From positions 7,812-71,811 of the forward strand of contig JAOUIL010000004.1 of the NCBI GenBank assembly GCA_029883975.1: a stretch of DNA of 64,000 bases, given 5' to 3'. This document shows, one piece after another, positions 45,788-56,692 of this stretch. This DNA comes from Betaproteobacteria bacterium. GTDB lineage: Bacteria; Pseudomonadota; Gammaproteobacteria; Burkholderiales; SG8-39. The notes under the pieces are model-generated. The model saw only the letters and a list, made by a program, of their open reading frames with translations, ran no database searches and had not been told where the DNA came from. Numbering within the stretch: the stretch's first letter is position 1; each line of letters starts with the position of its first letter. The position numbers and the translations under genes are program-made.

Positions 45788-47599
45788 TTGCGGTTGCCGG
45801 AGAACATAGGCGCCCCGTTGCCAACCCCCACTGCCATCGCGCGATTCCTCCCGTTCCTCGCCTGGTGGCCGCGCGTCAGTCGCGCCACGCTGCGCGCCGA
45901 CGCGAGCGCGGCGCTGGTCAGCGCGATCGTCGTCCTGCCGCAGGCCGTGGCCTTCGCCACGCTCGCCGGGATGCCGCCCGAGTACGGCCTGTACTGCGCC
46001 ATGGTGCCGGCGGTGGTCGCGGCTTTCTTCGGCTCGTCGTGGCACGCGGTCTCCGGCCCGACCAACGCCGTGTCGCTCTACGTGTTCGCGACGCTCGCGC
46101 CGCTCGCGGCGCCGGGCTCGTCGCAGTATGTCGGCTACGCCCTCACGCTCGCCTTCATGGGGGGCGCGATCATGCTGGCGATGGGGCTGCTGCGCCTCGG
46201 GCGCGTGGTCAATTTCGTCTCGCACAGCGTGGTGGTGGGCTTCACGGCGGGCGCCGCGGTGCTCATCGTCGCCAGCCAGCTGAAGAACTTCTTCGGCCTG
46301 GATCTGCCGCCGAGCAGCGCGTTCCTCACCACGCTGCGCGGGTTCCTCGCCCAGCTGCCCGAGCTCAGGCCGTGGGTCGTGGTGGTCGGGGTGGTGACGC
46401 TCGCCGCCGGCGTGCTGTCCCGGCGCTACGTGCGCAAGGTGCCGTTCATGATCGTGGCGCTCGCCGTCGGCGGGCTCACCGGCTTCGCGGTCAACCTCTG
46501 GCTGGGGCCCGGGCAGACCGGCATCCGCACCATCGGCCGTCTGGCAGGTGCGCTGCCGCCGCTGTCGGCGCCCGACCTGTCGCCGGACACGCTCACCGCC
46601 CTGCTCGGCAGCTCGGTCGGCGTAACGCTGCTGTCGCTGACCGAGGCGATGTCCATCGCGCGCGCGGTGGCGCTCAAGTCCGGCCAGCGCATCGATGCCA
46701 ACCAGGAGTTCATCGGCCAGGGGCTGTCGAACATGGCGGCGAGCTTCTTCTCGGGCTACCCGAGCTCGGCCTCGTTCAACCGCTCGGGCCTGAACTACGA
46801 GGCGGGCGCGCGCACGCCGCTCGCCGCGGCGCTGTCGGCGCCGCTGCTCATCGCGCTGACCTTCGCCGTCGCCCCGCTGCTCGCGCACCTGCCGCTGGCG
46901 TCCATGGCGGCGCTGCTGTTCATGGTGGCCTGGGGGCTGTTCGATTTCGCCTCCATCCGCACCATCCTGCGCTCGAGCCGCAGCGAATCGGCGGTGCTCG
47001 GCTTCACCTTTGCGGCGACGCTGCTGATGAACCTGGAGATCGCCATCCTGGTCGGCGTAATGCTGTCGCTGTTCGTCTATCTCAACCGCACCTCGCGCCC
47101 GCAGATGCGCGCCGTGGCGCCCGATCCGCGGCACAGCGTGCGCCGCTTCGGCCCGGTCGCGCAGGGAATCGCCGAGTGCCCGCAGCTCAAGATCATGGCG
47201 ATCGAGGGCTCCATCTATTTCGGCGCCGTGGACCACGTCGAGTCGCACCTGGAGACGCTGCGCGAAGTGGCGCGCGAGCAAAAGCACCTGCTGGTCACCG
47301 CGCGCAACATCAATTTCGTCGACATCGCCGGCGCCGAGGCGCTGGCGCGCGAGGCGCGCGCGCGGCGCTGGATCGGCGGCCGGCTGTGGCTGCAGGGCCT
47401 GCGCCAGCCGGTCGAGGCATTGCTGAAGAAGAGCGGCTTCATCGCCGACATCGGCGAGGACGCCCTGTTCCGCGACAAGCGCGAGGCCATCGCCGGCGTG
47501 TTCGAGCGCCTCGACCCGGGGATCTGCGCCCGCTGCCGGGCGCGGGTCTTCGAGGAGTGCGCCTCGCGGCCATTGCGCGAACCGCCGCCCGCGGCATAG
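45788..47599 (+). CDS. SulP family inorganic anion transporter with C-terminal STAS domain
   Basis: 603 aa with SulP core motifs (LPQAVAFATLAGMPPEYGLY) and a STAS domain (KIMAIEGSIYFGAVDHV). The start is TTG (45788 or 45794). Confidence 0.9.
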   Translation: MRLPENIGAPLPTPTAIARFLPFLAWWPRVSRATLRADASAALVSAIVVLPQAVAFATLAGMPPEYGLYCAMVPAVVAAFFGSSWHAVSGPTNAVSLYVFATLAPLAAPGSSQYVGYALTLAFMGGAIMLAMGLLRLGRVVNFVSHSVVVGFTAGAAVLIVASQLKNFFGLDLPPSSAFLTTLRGFLAQLPELRPWVVVVGVVTLAAGVLSRRYVRKVPFMIVALAVGGLTGFAVNLWLGPGQTGIRTIGRLAGALPPLSAPDLSPDTLTALLGSSVGVTLLSLTEAMSIARAVALKSGQRIDANQEFIGQGLSNMAASFFSGYPSSASFNRSGLNYEAGARTPLAAALSAPLLIALTFAVAPLLAHLPLASMAALLFMVAWGLFDFASIRTILRSSRSESAVLGFTFAATLLMNLEIAILVGVMLSLFVYLNRTSRPQMRAVAPDPRHSVRRFGPVAQGIAECPQLKIMAIEGSIYFGAVDHVESHLETLREVAREQKHLLVTARNINFVDIAGAEALAREARARRWIGGRLWLQGLRQPVEALLKKSGFIADIGEDALFRDKREAIAGVFERLDPGICARCRARVFEECASRPLREPPPAA

Positions 47600-47633
47600 A
47601 CTGCTCCGCACCATCACACCCCGGGGGGATTCC

Positions 47634-48638
47634 ATGAAAGCTCGCCTCGCAGTTGCCGCGGCCGCGCTGCTCGCCAGCGGCGCGCTGCACGCGCAATCGA
47701 CGCTCGACGCCGTCAAGTCCAAGGGCTACGTGCAGTGCGGCGTGAACACCGGCCTGGCCGGCTTCTCGCAGCCCGATTCGCGCGGCGTGTGGAAGGGCCT
47801 CGACGTCGATGCCTGCCGCGCGGTGGCGGCGGCCGTGTTCGGCGACGCCAGCAAGGTGCGCTATACACCGCTCACGGCGCAGCAGCGCTTCACCGCGCTG
47901 CAGTCGGGGGAAATCGACGTGCTGTCGCGCAACACCACCTGGACCATCACGCGCGACACGGGCCTGGGCCTGAACTTCGTGTTCACGAACTATTACGACG
48001 GCCAGGGCTTCATGGTGCCGAAGAAGCTCAACGTGAAGAGCGCCAAGCAGCTCAACGGCGCCACCATCTGCGTGCAGCCGGGCACCACGACCGAGCTCAA
48101 CCTCGCCGACTACTTCCGTGCCAACAAGATGAGCTTCAAGCCGGTGGTGATCGAGAAGCTCGAGGAGGTGGTGAACGCCTACTTTGCCGGTCGCTGCGAC
48201 GTCTACACCACCGATGTCTCGGGACTGGTCGCGGTGCGCGCCTCGCGCGCGCAGAACCCCGCGGACCACGTCATCCTGCCCGAGGTGATCTCCAAGGAGC
48301 CGCTCGGGCCGGCCGTGCGCCACGGCGACGACCGCTGGTTCGACGTCGTCAAGTGGTCGCTGATCGCGATGGTCGAGGCCGAGGAGCTCGGACTCGGCTC
48401 GAAGACCATCGACCAGCAGCTGGCGAGCACCAACCCGTCGGTGCAGCGCTTCGTCGGCGCCACCGGCGACATCGGCAAGCAGCTCGGGCTCGATAACCGC
48501 TGGGCGTACAACATCGTCAAGCAAGTCGGCAACTACGGCGAGTCGTTCGAAGCCAACCTCAAGCCCCTGGGCTTCGACCGCGGCATCAACAACCTGTGGA
48601 CCCAGGGCGGCCTGATGTACGCGCCGCCCGTGCGCTGA
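47634..48638 (+). CDS. aapJ: general L-amino acid ABC transporter substrate-binding protein
   Basis: 334 aa with a signal peptide and AapJ/BztA-like sequence (GYVQCGVNTGLAGFS ...). Confidence 0.92.
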   Translation: MKARLAVAAAALLASGALHAQSTLDAVKSKGYVQCGVNTGLAGFSQPDSRGVWKGLDVDACRAVAAAVFGDASKVRYTPLTAQQRFTALQSGEIDVLSRNTTWTITRDTGLGLNFVFTNYYDGQGFMVPKKLNVKSAKQLNGATICVQPGTTTELNLADYFRANKMSFKPVVIEKLEEVVNAYFAGRCDVYTTDVSGLVAVRASRAQNPADHVILPEVISKEPLGPAVRHGDDRWFDVVKWSLIAMVEAEELGLGSKTIDQQLASTNPSVQRFVGATGDIGKQLGLDNRWAYNIVKQVGNYGESFEANLKPLGFDRGINNLWTQGGLMYAPPVR

Positions 48639-48646
48639 CCCGTCCG

Positions 48647-49786
48647 GTGCGCGCGCGCGCCGCCGCCGCCCAGCTCGCGCTGCTGGCGGCGGTGGGGTTC
48701 GTCGTCTGGTACCTCGCCAGCAACACCGCGCACAACCTCGAAGCGCGCAAGATCGCCAGCGGCTTCGGCTTCCTGGCGCGCGAGGCGGGCTTCGAGATCG
48801 GCGAGTCGCCGTTTCTCGCCTACGGCGCCGCCGACAGCTACGCGCGCGCCATCGTCGTCGGCCTGATCAACACCTTCCGCGTCGCCCTGATCGGCATCGT
48901 GCTCGCCACGGTGCTCGGCACGCTGATCGGCCTCGCGCGGCTGTCGCACAACTGGCTGCTGGCGAAGCTCGCCGCGGGCTACGTCGAGGTGGTGCGCAAC
49001 GTGCCGCTGCTGGTGCAGCTGTTTTTTCTCTATGCGGTGATCACGGAGAACCTGCCGGGCCCGCGCGAGGCGCTCAATCCGCTGCCGGGCGTCTTCCTCA
49101 GCAACCGCGGCATCGCCTTCCCCGTCCTCGCGCCGCACGCAGCGCACGCGTGGATGGTGCTTGCGTTCGCCCTCGGCGTGGCGCTTGCCGTGCTGCTCGC
49201 GCGCTGGGCGCGCCGGCGCCAGGCGGCCACCGGGCAGCCCTTCCCGGCGCTCGCCGCCGGCGCCGCTCTCGTGCTCGGCACGCCGCTCGTCGTGTTTCTC
49301 GCCGCCGGCGCGCCGCTCGCGCTCGCACGCCCGGAGTTGCAGGGCTTCAACTACGCCGGCGGCGCGGTGCTCACGCCGGAGTTCGCCGCGCTGCTCGGCG
49401 GGCTCACGCTGTACACCGCCGCGTTCATCGCCGAAATCGTGCGTGCCGGGGTGCAGGCGGTGGACCGCGGACAGTTCGAGGCCGCCTACTCGCTCGGCCT
49501 GCCGCGGCGGCGCACCATGCGGCTGGTCATCCTGCCGCAGGCGCTGCGCGTCATCGTGCCGCCGCTCACCAGCCAGTACCTCAACCTCACCAAGAACAGT
49601 TCGCTCGCCGTGGCCATCGGCTACCCCGACCTGGTATCGATCGCCAACACCACCATGAACCAGACCGGCCAGGCGATCGAGGGCATCGCCATCATCATGG
49701 CGGTGTACCTGACGATCAGCCTGTCGATCTCGGGGCTGATGAACTGGTATAACGCGCGCATCGCGCTGAAGGGGGCCCGACAGTGA
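48647..49786 (+). CDS. aapQ: amino acid ABC transporter permease (AapQ/BztB-like)
   Basis: Polytopic, with an EAA loop (DRGQFEAAYSLGLPRRRTMRLVILPQAL). The start is uncertain: GTG 48647, or GTG 48596 overlapping aapJ. Confidence 0.88.
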   Translation: MRARAAAAQLALLAAVGFVVWYLASNTAHNLEARKIASGFGFLAREAGFEIGESPFLAYGAADSYARAIVVGLINTFRVALIGIVLATVLGTLIGLARLSHNWLLAKLAAGYVEVVRNVPLLVQLFFLYAVITENLPGPREALNPLPGVFLSNRGIAFPVLAPHAAHAWMVLAFALGVALAVLLARWARRRQAATGQPFPALAAGAALVLGTPLVVFLAAGAPLALARPELQGFNYAGGAVLTPEFAALLGGLTLYTAAFIAEIVRAGVQAVDRGQFEAAYSLGLPRRRTMRLVILPQALRVIVPPLTSQYLNLTKNSSLAVAIGYPDLVSIANTTMNQTGQAIEGIAIIMAVYLTISLSISGLMNWYNARIALKGARQ

Positions 49787-50838
49787 GGTGGCTGCGCGAG
49801 AACCTGTTCGGCAGCTGGGGCAGCACGCTCGCCACGCTCGGCATTCTGTGGCTCGCCTGGATGCTGTTGCCGCCGTTCGTCGAGTGGGCTTTCCTGAAGG
49901 CGGTCTGGTTCGCGCCCGACTCGCGCCCCTGCCGCGCCGAGGGCGCGGGCGCCTGCTGGGCGCTGATTGCGGAGAAGCACCGCTTCATCCTGTTCGGCAC
50001 CTACCCCTACGAGCAGCACTGGCGCCCCGGCGCGGCCATCCTGGTGCTGTTCGCGCTGTACACGGCGAGCGCCCTGCGCCGTTTCTGGCGACCGGCGCTG
50101 GCGCTCGCCTGGCTCGGCGGGCTGGCGCTCATCGGGCTGCTGATGTGGGGCGGCGTCCTCGGCCTGCCCTATGTCGAGAACGAGCGCTGGGGCGGCCTGA
50201 TGCTGACGCTGCTGCTGGCCACGTTCGGCATCGCCTTCGCCTTTCCGATCTCCATCCTGCTCGCGCTCGGCCGGCGCACACGGCTGCCTGCGGTGCGCGC
50301 GCTGGCGGTGGCCTGGATCGAGCTGGTGCGCGGCGTGCCGCTCATCTCGCTGCTGTTCATGGCCTCGGTGATGCTGCCGCTGTTCCTGCCGGAGGGCGTG
50401 AGCATCGACAAGCTGCTGCGCGCGCTGATCGCCATGATCGTGTTCGCCGCGGCCTACCTCGCGGAGGTGGTGCGCGGCGGCCTGCAGGCCGTGCCGCACG
50501 GCCAAGTGGAGGCAGCCGACGCGCTCGGCCTGCCCTACTGGCGCAAGACGCTGCTCGTCGTCCTGCCGCAGGCGCTGCGCGTCGCCATCCCGCCGCTGGT
50601 CAACACCTTCATCGGCTTCTTCAAGGACACGTCGCTGGTGGTGATCATCGGCCTCTTTGACTTGCTCACCTCGATCAAGGTGGCGCTCATCGAGCCGGCC
50701 TGGAGCGGCTTCGGGGTGGAAGCCTACCTGTTCGCCGCGCTGGTGTATTTCGTGTTCTGCTACGCCATGTCGCGCTACAGCCAGGACCTGGAGCGCGAGC
50801 TTGAGCGCAGCCGCACGCACGCCTTGAAGGGAAACTGA
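49783..50838 (+). CDS. aapM: amino acid ABC transporter permease (AapM/BztC-like)
   Basis: 351 aa with a GTG start in a GTGA overlap. N-terminus is [10 protein letters not shown] and the EAA loop is [26 protein letters not shown]. Confidence 0.9.
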   Translation: MRWLRENLFGSWGSTLATLGILWLAWMLLPPFVEWAFLKAVWFAPDSRPCRAEGAGACWALIAEKHRFILFGTYPYEQHWRPGAAILVLFALYTASALRRFWRPALALAWLGGLALIGLLMWGGVLGLPYVENERWGGLMLTLLLATFGIAFAFPISILLALGRRTRLPAVRALAVAWIELVRGVPLISLLFMASVMLPLFLPEGVSIDKLLRALIAMIVFAAAYLAEVVRGGLQAVPHGQVEAADALGLPYWRKTLLVVLPQALRVAIPPLVNTFIGFFKDTSLVVIIGLFDLLTSIKVALIEPAWSGFGVEAYLFAALVYFVFCYAMSRYSQDLERELERSRTHALKGN

Positions 50839-50839
50839 G

Positions 50840-51583
50840 ATGGCCGGCAAGCCGATGATCGAGATGCGCGGCGTGGGCAAGTGGTTCGGTGCCTTCCAGG
50901 TGCTGAAGGACATCGACCTGGACGTCGCCCAGGGCGAGAAGATCGTCCTGTGCGGCCCCTCGGGCTCGGGCAAGTCGACGCTGGTGCGCCTGGTGAACGG
51001 TCTGGAGCCCTACCAGGCGGGCAGGGTGGCGGTGGACGGCATCGAGCTCGGCAACGACTCCAAGGCAATTGAGGCGGTGCGCCTTGAGGTCGGCATGGTG
51101 TTCCAGAGCTTCAACCTCTTTCCCCACCTCACCGCGCTGGAGAACCTGACGCTGGCGCCGATCTGGGTGCGGCGCATGCCCAAGCGCGCCGCCGAGGCGC
51201 ATGCGCTGCAGCTGCTGGAGCGCGTGCGCATCGCCGAGCAGGCGCAAAAGTACCCCGCGCAGCTCTCCGGCGGACAGCAGCAGCGCGTGGCGATCGCGCG
51301 CGCGCTCGCCATGCGTCCCAAGATCATGCTGTTCGACGAGCCCACCTCCGCGCTCGACCCGGAAATGATCAAGGAAGTGCTCGACGTGATGGTAGAGCTC
51401 GCCGCCGAGGGCATGACCATGGTGGTGGTCACGCACGAGATGGGCTTCGCGCGCACCGTGGCCGACCGCGTGGTGTTCATGGACCGCGGCGAGATCGTCG
51501 AGTCGGCGCCGCCCAAGGCGTTCTTCGAGGCGCCGCGCACCGACCGCGCGCGCCTGTTCCTCAGCCAGATCCTCGGCCACTAG
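50840..51583 (+). CDS. aapP: amino acid ABC transporter ATP-binding protein
   Basis: 247 aa with Walker [10 protein letters not shown], signature [15 protein letters not shown] and Walker [13 protein letters not shown]. Confidence 0.95.
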   Translation: MAGKPMIEMRGVGKWFGAFQVLKDIDLDVAQGEKIVLCGPSGSGKSTLVRLVNGLEPYQAGRVAVDGIELGNDSKAIEAVRLEVGMVFQSFNLFPHLTALENLTLAPIWVRRMPKRAAEAHALQLLERVRIAEQAQKYPAQLSGGQQQRVAIARALAMRPKIMLFDEPTSALDPEMIKEVLDVMVELAAEGMTMVVVTHEMGFARTVADRVVFMDRGEIVESAPPKAFFEAPRTDRARLFLSQILGH

Positions 51584-51591
51584 GGGCGCGC

Positions 51592-53406
51592 GTGACGCTC
51601 GACGCGCATGCGCTCGCCGTGATGGCGCTGACCGTCGTGGCGTTCGCGCTGTTCGCGAGCGACAGGCTGTCCATCGAGACCATCAGCTTCGGCGTGCTGG
51701 TCGCGCTCACCGCGGGGTTTCAGGTCTTCCCACACCCGGCCGTGGTCGCCACCGACTTCTTCTTCGGCTTCGGGCACGAGGCGCTGGTGGCGATCTGCGC
51801 GCTGATGATCCTCGGCCGCGGGCTGGCGGTCACCGGCGCGCTCGAGCCGGCCGCGCGCCTGCTCGCGCGCCTGCTGGCGGTGCAGCCCGGCCTCGCTATG
51901 CTCGGCGTGCTGGTGCTGTGCGCCGCGGCGAGCGGCGTAGTGAACGACACGCCCATCGTGGTGCTGATGATGCCCGTGCTGGTGGGCGCGGCGCTGCGCG
52001 CCAAGTCCTCGCCCGCCAAGACGCTGCTGCCGATGAACTACGCGGTGCTGATCGGCGGCATGGGAACCACCATCGGCACGTCCACCAATCTCATCGTAGT
52101 CGCGATTGCCGCCGACCTCGGCGTGCGGCGGTTCGAGATGTTCGATTTCATCCACGTCACCGCGCTGGCCGCGGTCGGCGGGATCCTCTACCTGTGGCTG
52201 GTGCTGCCGCGCCTGATTCCCGAGCGCGCCTCGCCCCTCGGCGACGCGGCGCCGCAGGTGTTTTCCGCGGTGCTGCACGTCGGCGCGGGCGGCTTCGCCG
52301 ACGGCAAGTCGCTCGCCGAGGCGCAGAAGAAGGCCGGCGCCCCGTTGCGCCTGACGCGCATCGTGCGCGGCGAGGGCCTGGAGCTGGCGCGCCTGCCGAC
52401 GCTCACGCTGCGCGCCGGCGACCGGCTGCATGTGCGCGCCGGGGCCAAGGACCTGCAGGAGTTCGCCGCGCTGCTCGGCGCGAAGCTCTACAAGGCCGAC
52501 GACCTCGAGCACCCGGTGGACGACGAGCACCCGCTCAAGGCCGACGACCAGCGCCTCGCCGAAGTGGTCGTGACCGATGCCTCGGCGCTGCGCGGCTCGA
52601 CGTTGCGGGCCACGCGCTTCGGCGAGTTCTACGACGTGATCATCGTCGGGCTGCACCGCGCCGGCGCGCCCGGCGCCATCGGCCGGGAGGACATCGGCGA
52701 GGTGGTGCTGCGCGCCGGCGACGTGCTGCTGGTGCAGGGCGGCGACGAGGCCATCGCGCAACTGCGCCGCCGCGCGCGCCTGCTGGTGCTCGAGCAGGCC
52801 TACGAGCTGCCGCGCACCGAGCGCGCGCCCCTCGCCCTGCTGATCCTAGTCGCCGTCGTGGCCGCCGCGGCGCTCAAGTTCGCGCCCATCTCGATCGCGG
52901 CACTCGGGGGGGTCGCCGCCATGCTCGCCACGCGTTGCCTCGACTGGGAGGATGCGGCCGGCGCGCTGTCGACCAAGGTCATCCTGCTGATCGCTTCCAG
53001 CCTGGCCCTCGGCGCCGCGCTGGAAAGGACCGGGGCGACCGATTGGCTCGCCGCGCAGTTCGTCGGCGCCGTCGGCGCGCTGCCGGCCGAGTGGGTGCTG
53101 GCGCTGCTCATGCTGCTGATGGCCGCGTTCACCAACTTCGTCTCCAACGCGGCCGCCGCCGCCGTCGGCACGCCGATCGCCGTCGGCATCGCGGCGCAGC
53201 TGGGCGTGTCGCCCGAACCGCTGGTGCTGGCGATCATGTTCGGCGCCAACTTCGCCTACGTGACGCCGATGGCCTATCAGACCAACGTGCTCGTCATGAG
53301 CGCCGCGGGCTACCGTTTCGCGGACTTCCTGCGCGCCGGCCTGCCGCTGCTCGTCCTCATGCTGGCCTCCTATTCCCTGCTGCTGCCGCGGTTCTTCCCG
53401 CTGTAG
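51592..53406 (+). CDS. SLC13/DASS-type permease with two central TrkA-C (RCK_C) domains
   Basis: 604 aa with N- and C-terminal polytopic halves flanking two repeats of the TrkA-C type (LAEVVVTDASALRGSTL ...). Confidence 0.88.
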   Translation: MTLDAHALAVMALTVVAFALFASDRLSIETISFGVLVALTAGFQVFPHPAVVATDFFFGFGHEALVAICALMILGRGLAVTGALEPAARLLARLLAVQPGLAMLGVLVLCAAASGVVNDTPIVVLMMPVLVGAALRAKSSPAKTLLPMNYAVLIGGMGTTIGTSTNLIVVAIAADLGVRRFEMFDFIHVTALAAVGGILYLWLVLPRLIPERASPLGDAAPQVFSAVLHVGAGGFADGKSLAEAQKKAGAPLRLTRIVRGEGLELARLPTLTLRAGDRLHVRAGAKDLQEFAALLGAKLYKADDLEHPVDDEHPLKADDQRLAEVVVTDASALRGSTLRATRFGEFYDVIIVGLHRAGAPGAIGREDIGEVVLRAGDVLLVQGGDEAIAQLRRRARLLVLEQAYELPRTERAPLALLILVAVVAAAALKFAPISIAALGGVAAMLATRCLDWEDAAGALSTKVILLIASSLALGAALERTGATDWLAAQFVGAVGALPAEWVLALLMLLMAAFTNFVSNAAAAAVGTPIAVGIAAQLGVSPEPLVLAIMFGANFAYVTPMAYQTNVLVMSAAGYRFADFLRAGLPLLVLMLASYSLLLPRFFPL

Positions 53407-53463
53407 CCCTGTGCTAGACTTTTTTCGCCCGCATCAGAACGAGCATTGAAAGGAGAAACTCCC

Positions 53464-54060
53464 ATGGGCGCCATTCTGCAATCCCTCAATCGCACCATCA
53501 TCGCCGGTATCGTCCTGTTGGTGGTCATCGTGCTCGTCGTCGGGCAGGCCACCGGCGCCTGGGTGAACGTGTCCAGCCACGCCTGGTGGACTTTCTTCAT
53601 GCGCTGGCTGCACGTGCTCTCGGGCGTGATGTGGATCGGCCTGCTCTGGTACTTCAACTTCGTGCAGACGCCGTCGATGCCGAAGATCCCGGACGAGCAC
53701 AAGCCCGCGATCAGCAAGGTGATCGCGCCAGCGGCGCTGTTCTGGTTCCGCTGGGCGGCGCTCGCCACCATCGTCACCGGGCTGCTGCTCGCCACGATGA
53801 ACCAGTACCTCGCGCAGGCGCTGTCGCTGCAGCGCCCGTTCACCGCCATCGGCATCGGCATGTGGCTCGGGCTGGTGATGGCGTTCAACGTGTGGTTCAT
53901 CATCTGGCCGAACCAGAAGAAGGCGCTCGGCATCGTGCAGGTCGCGGCCGAGGAGAAAGCCGCAGCCGCGAAGAAAGCGGGCCTGACTTCGCGCCTCAAC
54001 ACGCTGCTGTCCATCCCCATGCTGTACTGCATGGTGGCACAGCAGAACGGCGGGCTGTAG
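53464..54060 (+). CDS. integral membrane protein of unknown function (tentatively like the membrane domain of PuuD-type proteins)
   Basis: 198 aa from ATG 53464 (SD AAGGAG 7 nt upstream). It has about 5 TM helices and a conserved-looking RWLHVLSGVMWIGLLWYFNFV. Confidence 0.6.
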   Translation: MGAILQSLNRTIIAGIVLLVVIVLVVGQATGAWVNVSSHAWWTFFMRWLHVLSGVMWIGLLWYFNFVQTPSMPKIPDEHKPAISKVIAPAALFWFRWAALATIVTGLLLATMNQYLAQALSLQRPFTAIGIGMWLGLVMAFNVWFIIWPNQKKALGIVQVAAEEKAAAAKKAGLTSRLNTLLSIPMLYCMVAQQNGGL

Positions 54061-54061
54061 C

Positions 54062-54098
54062 TCGGAACAGGGGAACCTCAGGTTCCCCCGTTACCCCC
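54062..54098. repeat. REP-like stem-loop element, copy B
   Basis: TCGGAACAGGGGAACC-TCA-GGTTCCCCCGTTACCCCC. The hairpin GGGGAACC / GGTTCCCC is a perfect 8 bp. The element lies in the convergent gap between two stop codons. Confidence 0.7.
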
Positions 54099-54100
54099 TC

Positions 54101-54535
54101 CTAGCGCGGTTTGAGTTGTTCCAGCCCGCGCAGGCGCATGCCTGCGCGGATGCCGCGCTCGGCGAACCAGCCCTGCGTCATCTCCAGCGCGTAGCGCGCC
54201 GGCCGCGCGGCGCAATGCGTGGCTTCGCTCAGCGGCTGCATGTCGGCGATGTTGACGATGGCGCCCGCCTCGTCGAGGAAGGCGACCGACAGCGGCAGCA
54301 GCGTGTTCTTCATCCACATGCAGTGCGCGCCGCTCTCGTCGAAGACGAACAGCATGCCGCCGTTGGGCGGCAGCGACGTGCGGTGCATCAGGCCCAGCGA
54401 GCGCGTGGCGTCGCGGTCGGCGACTTCGGCGCGGATGAGGTGCATGCCGGCCCCCAGCTGAACCGCCGGCAGGGACGGCTGCTGGGCATGGAGGCTCGCC
54501 GAGGCGAGCAGCAGGGCGAGGAGCAGGCGCTTCAT
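54101..54535 (-). CDS. DUF192 domain-containing periplasmic protein
   Basis: 144 aa from ATG 54535, with a signal peptide (MKRLLLALLLASASLHA) and DUF192-like GLMHRTSLPPNGGMLFVF ... ALEMTQGWF. Confidence 0.8.
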   Translation of the reverse strand: MKRLLLALLLASASLHAQQPSLPAVQLGAGMHLIRAEVADRDATRSLGLMHRTSLPPNGGMLFVFDESGAHCMWMKNTLLPLSVAFLDEAGAIVNIADMQPLSEATHCAARPARYALEMTQGWFAERGIRAGMRLRGLEQLKPR

Positions 54536-54540
54536 GGGCA

Positions 54541-54572
54541 ACAAAAAAGGGCAGGGTAGCAACCCTGCCCTT
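54541..54572 (-). terminator. rho-independent terminator of the small Lys/Glu-rich gene
   Basis: The minus strand reads AAGGGCAGGGT-TGCT-ACCCTGCCCTT followed by TTTTGT. The stem is 11 bp and perfect. Confidence 0.75.
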
Positions 54573-54592
54573 CGTGCGGAAGACCTGTCCGC

Positions 54593-54781
54593 TTACTTCT
54601 TCATCTCTTCCTTCTTCGGCTCTTCCTTCTTCGCCTTGGTGCTCTTCTTCTTCTCGGTCTTCTTCTTCTCGGTCTTCTGCTCTTCCTTCTTCTCCTGCGC
54701 CACGGCGCTCGTCGCGACGAAGGCGGTGGCGCTCACGGCCGCGAACACCGCGGCGAACACTGCGGACAACAGCTTGCTCAT
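54593..54781 (-). CDS. small secreted Lys/Glu-rich low-complexity protein (62 aa)
   Basis: MSKLLSAVFAAVFAAVSATAFVATSAVA (signal peptide) followed by QEKKEEQKTEKKKTEKKKSTKAKKEEPKKEEMKK. An SD (AGGAGA) lies 6 nt upstream and a strong terminator lies downstream. Confidence 0.65.
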   Translation of the reverse strand: MSKLLSAVFAAVFAAVSATAFVATSAVAQEKKEEQKTEKKKTEKKKSTKAKKEEPKKEEMKK

Positions 54782-54931
54782 TGACGTCTCCTGAGTTTAG
54801 GTTGGCTGTACAGCAGGCGGCGGGGAAACCCTCCTTCCCTGCCCCCGCAAGCAATAACGCCGCTCCCGGCATACGGTTGACAGGACCGCCCACGGGGCGT
54901 CTAAGGCGATGATTTGGCGTGCTTATCGCCG

Positions 54932-54937
54932 TATAAT
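54932..54937 (+). promoter_or_regulatory. candidate -10 box (TATAAT) of icd
   Basis: TATAAT lies 34 nt upstream of ATG 54972, with SD CAGGAG in between. A second candidate promoter, TTGACA (54877-54882)-17 nt-TCTAAG, lies upstream. Confidence 0.35.
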
Positions 54938-54971
54938 CCGCCCTCCCGACCCCCATCTTGCAGGAGCATCC

Positions 54972-56228
<1,257 letters not shown>

Positions 56229-56244
56229 GCGCCCGCGCCAGCAA

Positions 56245-56287
56245 GAAAGCCGCCCGCGGGCGGCTTTTTCTGTCCCGGTGCGGGACG
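56245..56287. terminator. bidirectional terminator region between icd and cspA
   Basis: AGCCGCCC-GC-GGGCGGCT followed by TTTTTC on the plus strand. A second hairpin, GTCCCG-GTG-CGGGAC, sits next to the cspA stop. Confidence 0.65.
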
Positions 56288-56491
56288 CTAGACCTTGTTG
56301 ATGTTGGAGGCCTGCTTCCCCTTCGGCCCCTGCACGACGTCGAAGCTCACCTTCATGCCTTCCTTGAGGGTCTTGAAGCCCGACATCTGGATGGCGGAGA
56401 AATGCGCGAACAGGTCCTCGCTGCCGTCGTCCGGCGTGATGAAGCCGTAACCCTTCGCGTCGTTGAACCACTTCACGGTGCCTGTCGCCAT
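56288..56491 (-). CDS. cspA: cold-shock protein, CspA family
   Basis: 67 aa, [34 protein letters not shown], containing the RNP1 and RNP2 motifs. Confidence 0.95.
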   Translation of the reverse strand: MATGTVKWFNDAKGYGFITPDDGSEDLFAHFSAIQMSGFKTLKEGMKVSFDVVQGPKGKQASNINKV

Positions 56492-56616
56492 TGCCGCTTC
56501 CTTCCCTTTGGTTGTCGAACGCCGGGCGGTTGACCCGGGCCATGCTTGAAACTCACGACCCCGCCGCCCATTTTTCCCATGGCGTTACAGACAGCCTGAA
56601 TCCAAACACAAGGCGG

Positions 56617-56645
56617 CTTCTACCTCCCTTCCCTCACCCCGTCAA
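56617..56645 (-). promoter_or_regulatory. candidate sigma70 promoter of cspA (implies a 5'UTR of about 120 nt)
   Basis: The minus strand reads TTGACG (56645-56640), a 17-nt spacer, then TAGAAG (56622-56617). Confidence 0.4.
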
Positions 56646-56663
56646 GACCCCCCCGGCACCGCG

Positions 56664-56692
56664 TTGCACAGCCGGAACACATTGATTAGGAT
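56664..56692 (+). promoter_or_regulatory. candidate sigma70 promoter of clpS-clpA
   Basis: TTGCAC (56664-56669), a 17-nt spacer, then TAGGAT (56687-56692). Confidence 0.4.

Noticed and set aside
45782-47722. 646-aa minus-strand ORF
   Set aside because: It is antisense to the SulP transporter gene, whose frame gives a coherent polytopic protein plus a STAS domain. The antisense product is an Arg/Gly/Asp-rich artefact.
54534-54912. Plus-strand ORFs encoding Ser/Phe-rich strings (SSFFGSSFFALVLFFFSVFFF ...)
   Set aside because: They are antisense to the Lys/Glu-rich small gene. The minus-strand gene has an SD, a signal peptide and a terminator. The plus-strand frames are complements of AAG/GAA repeats.
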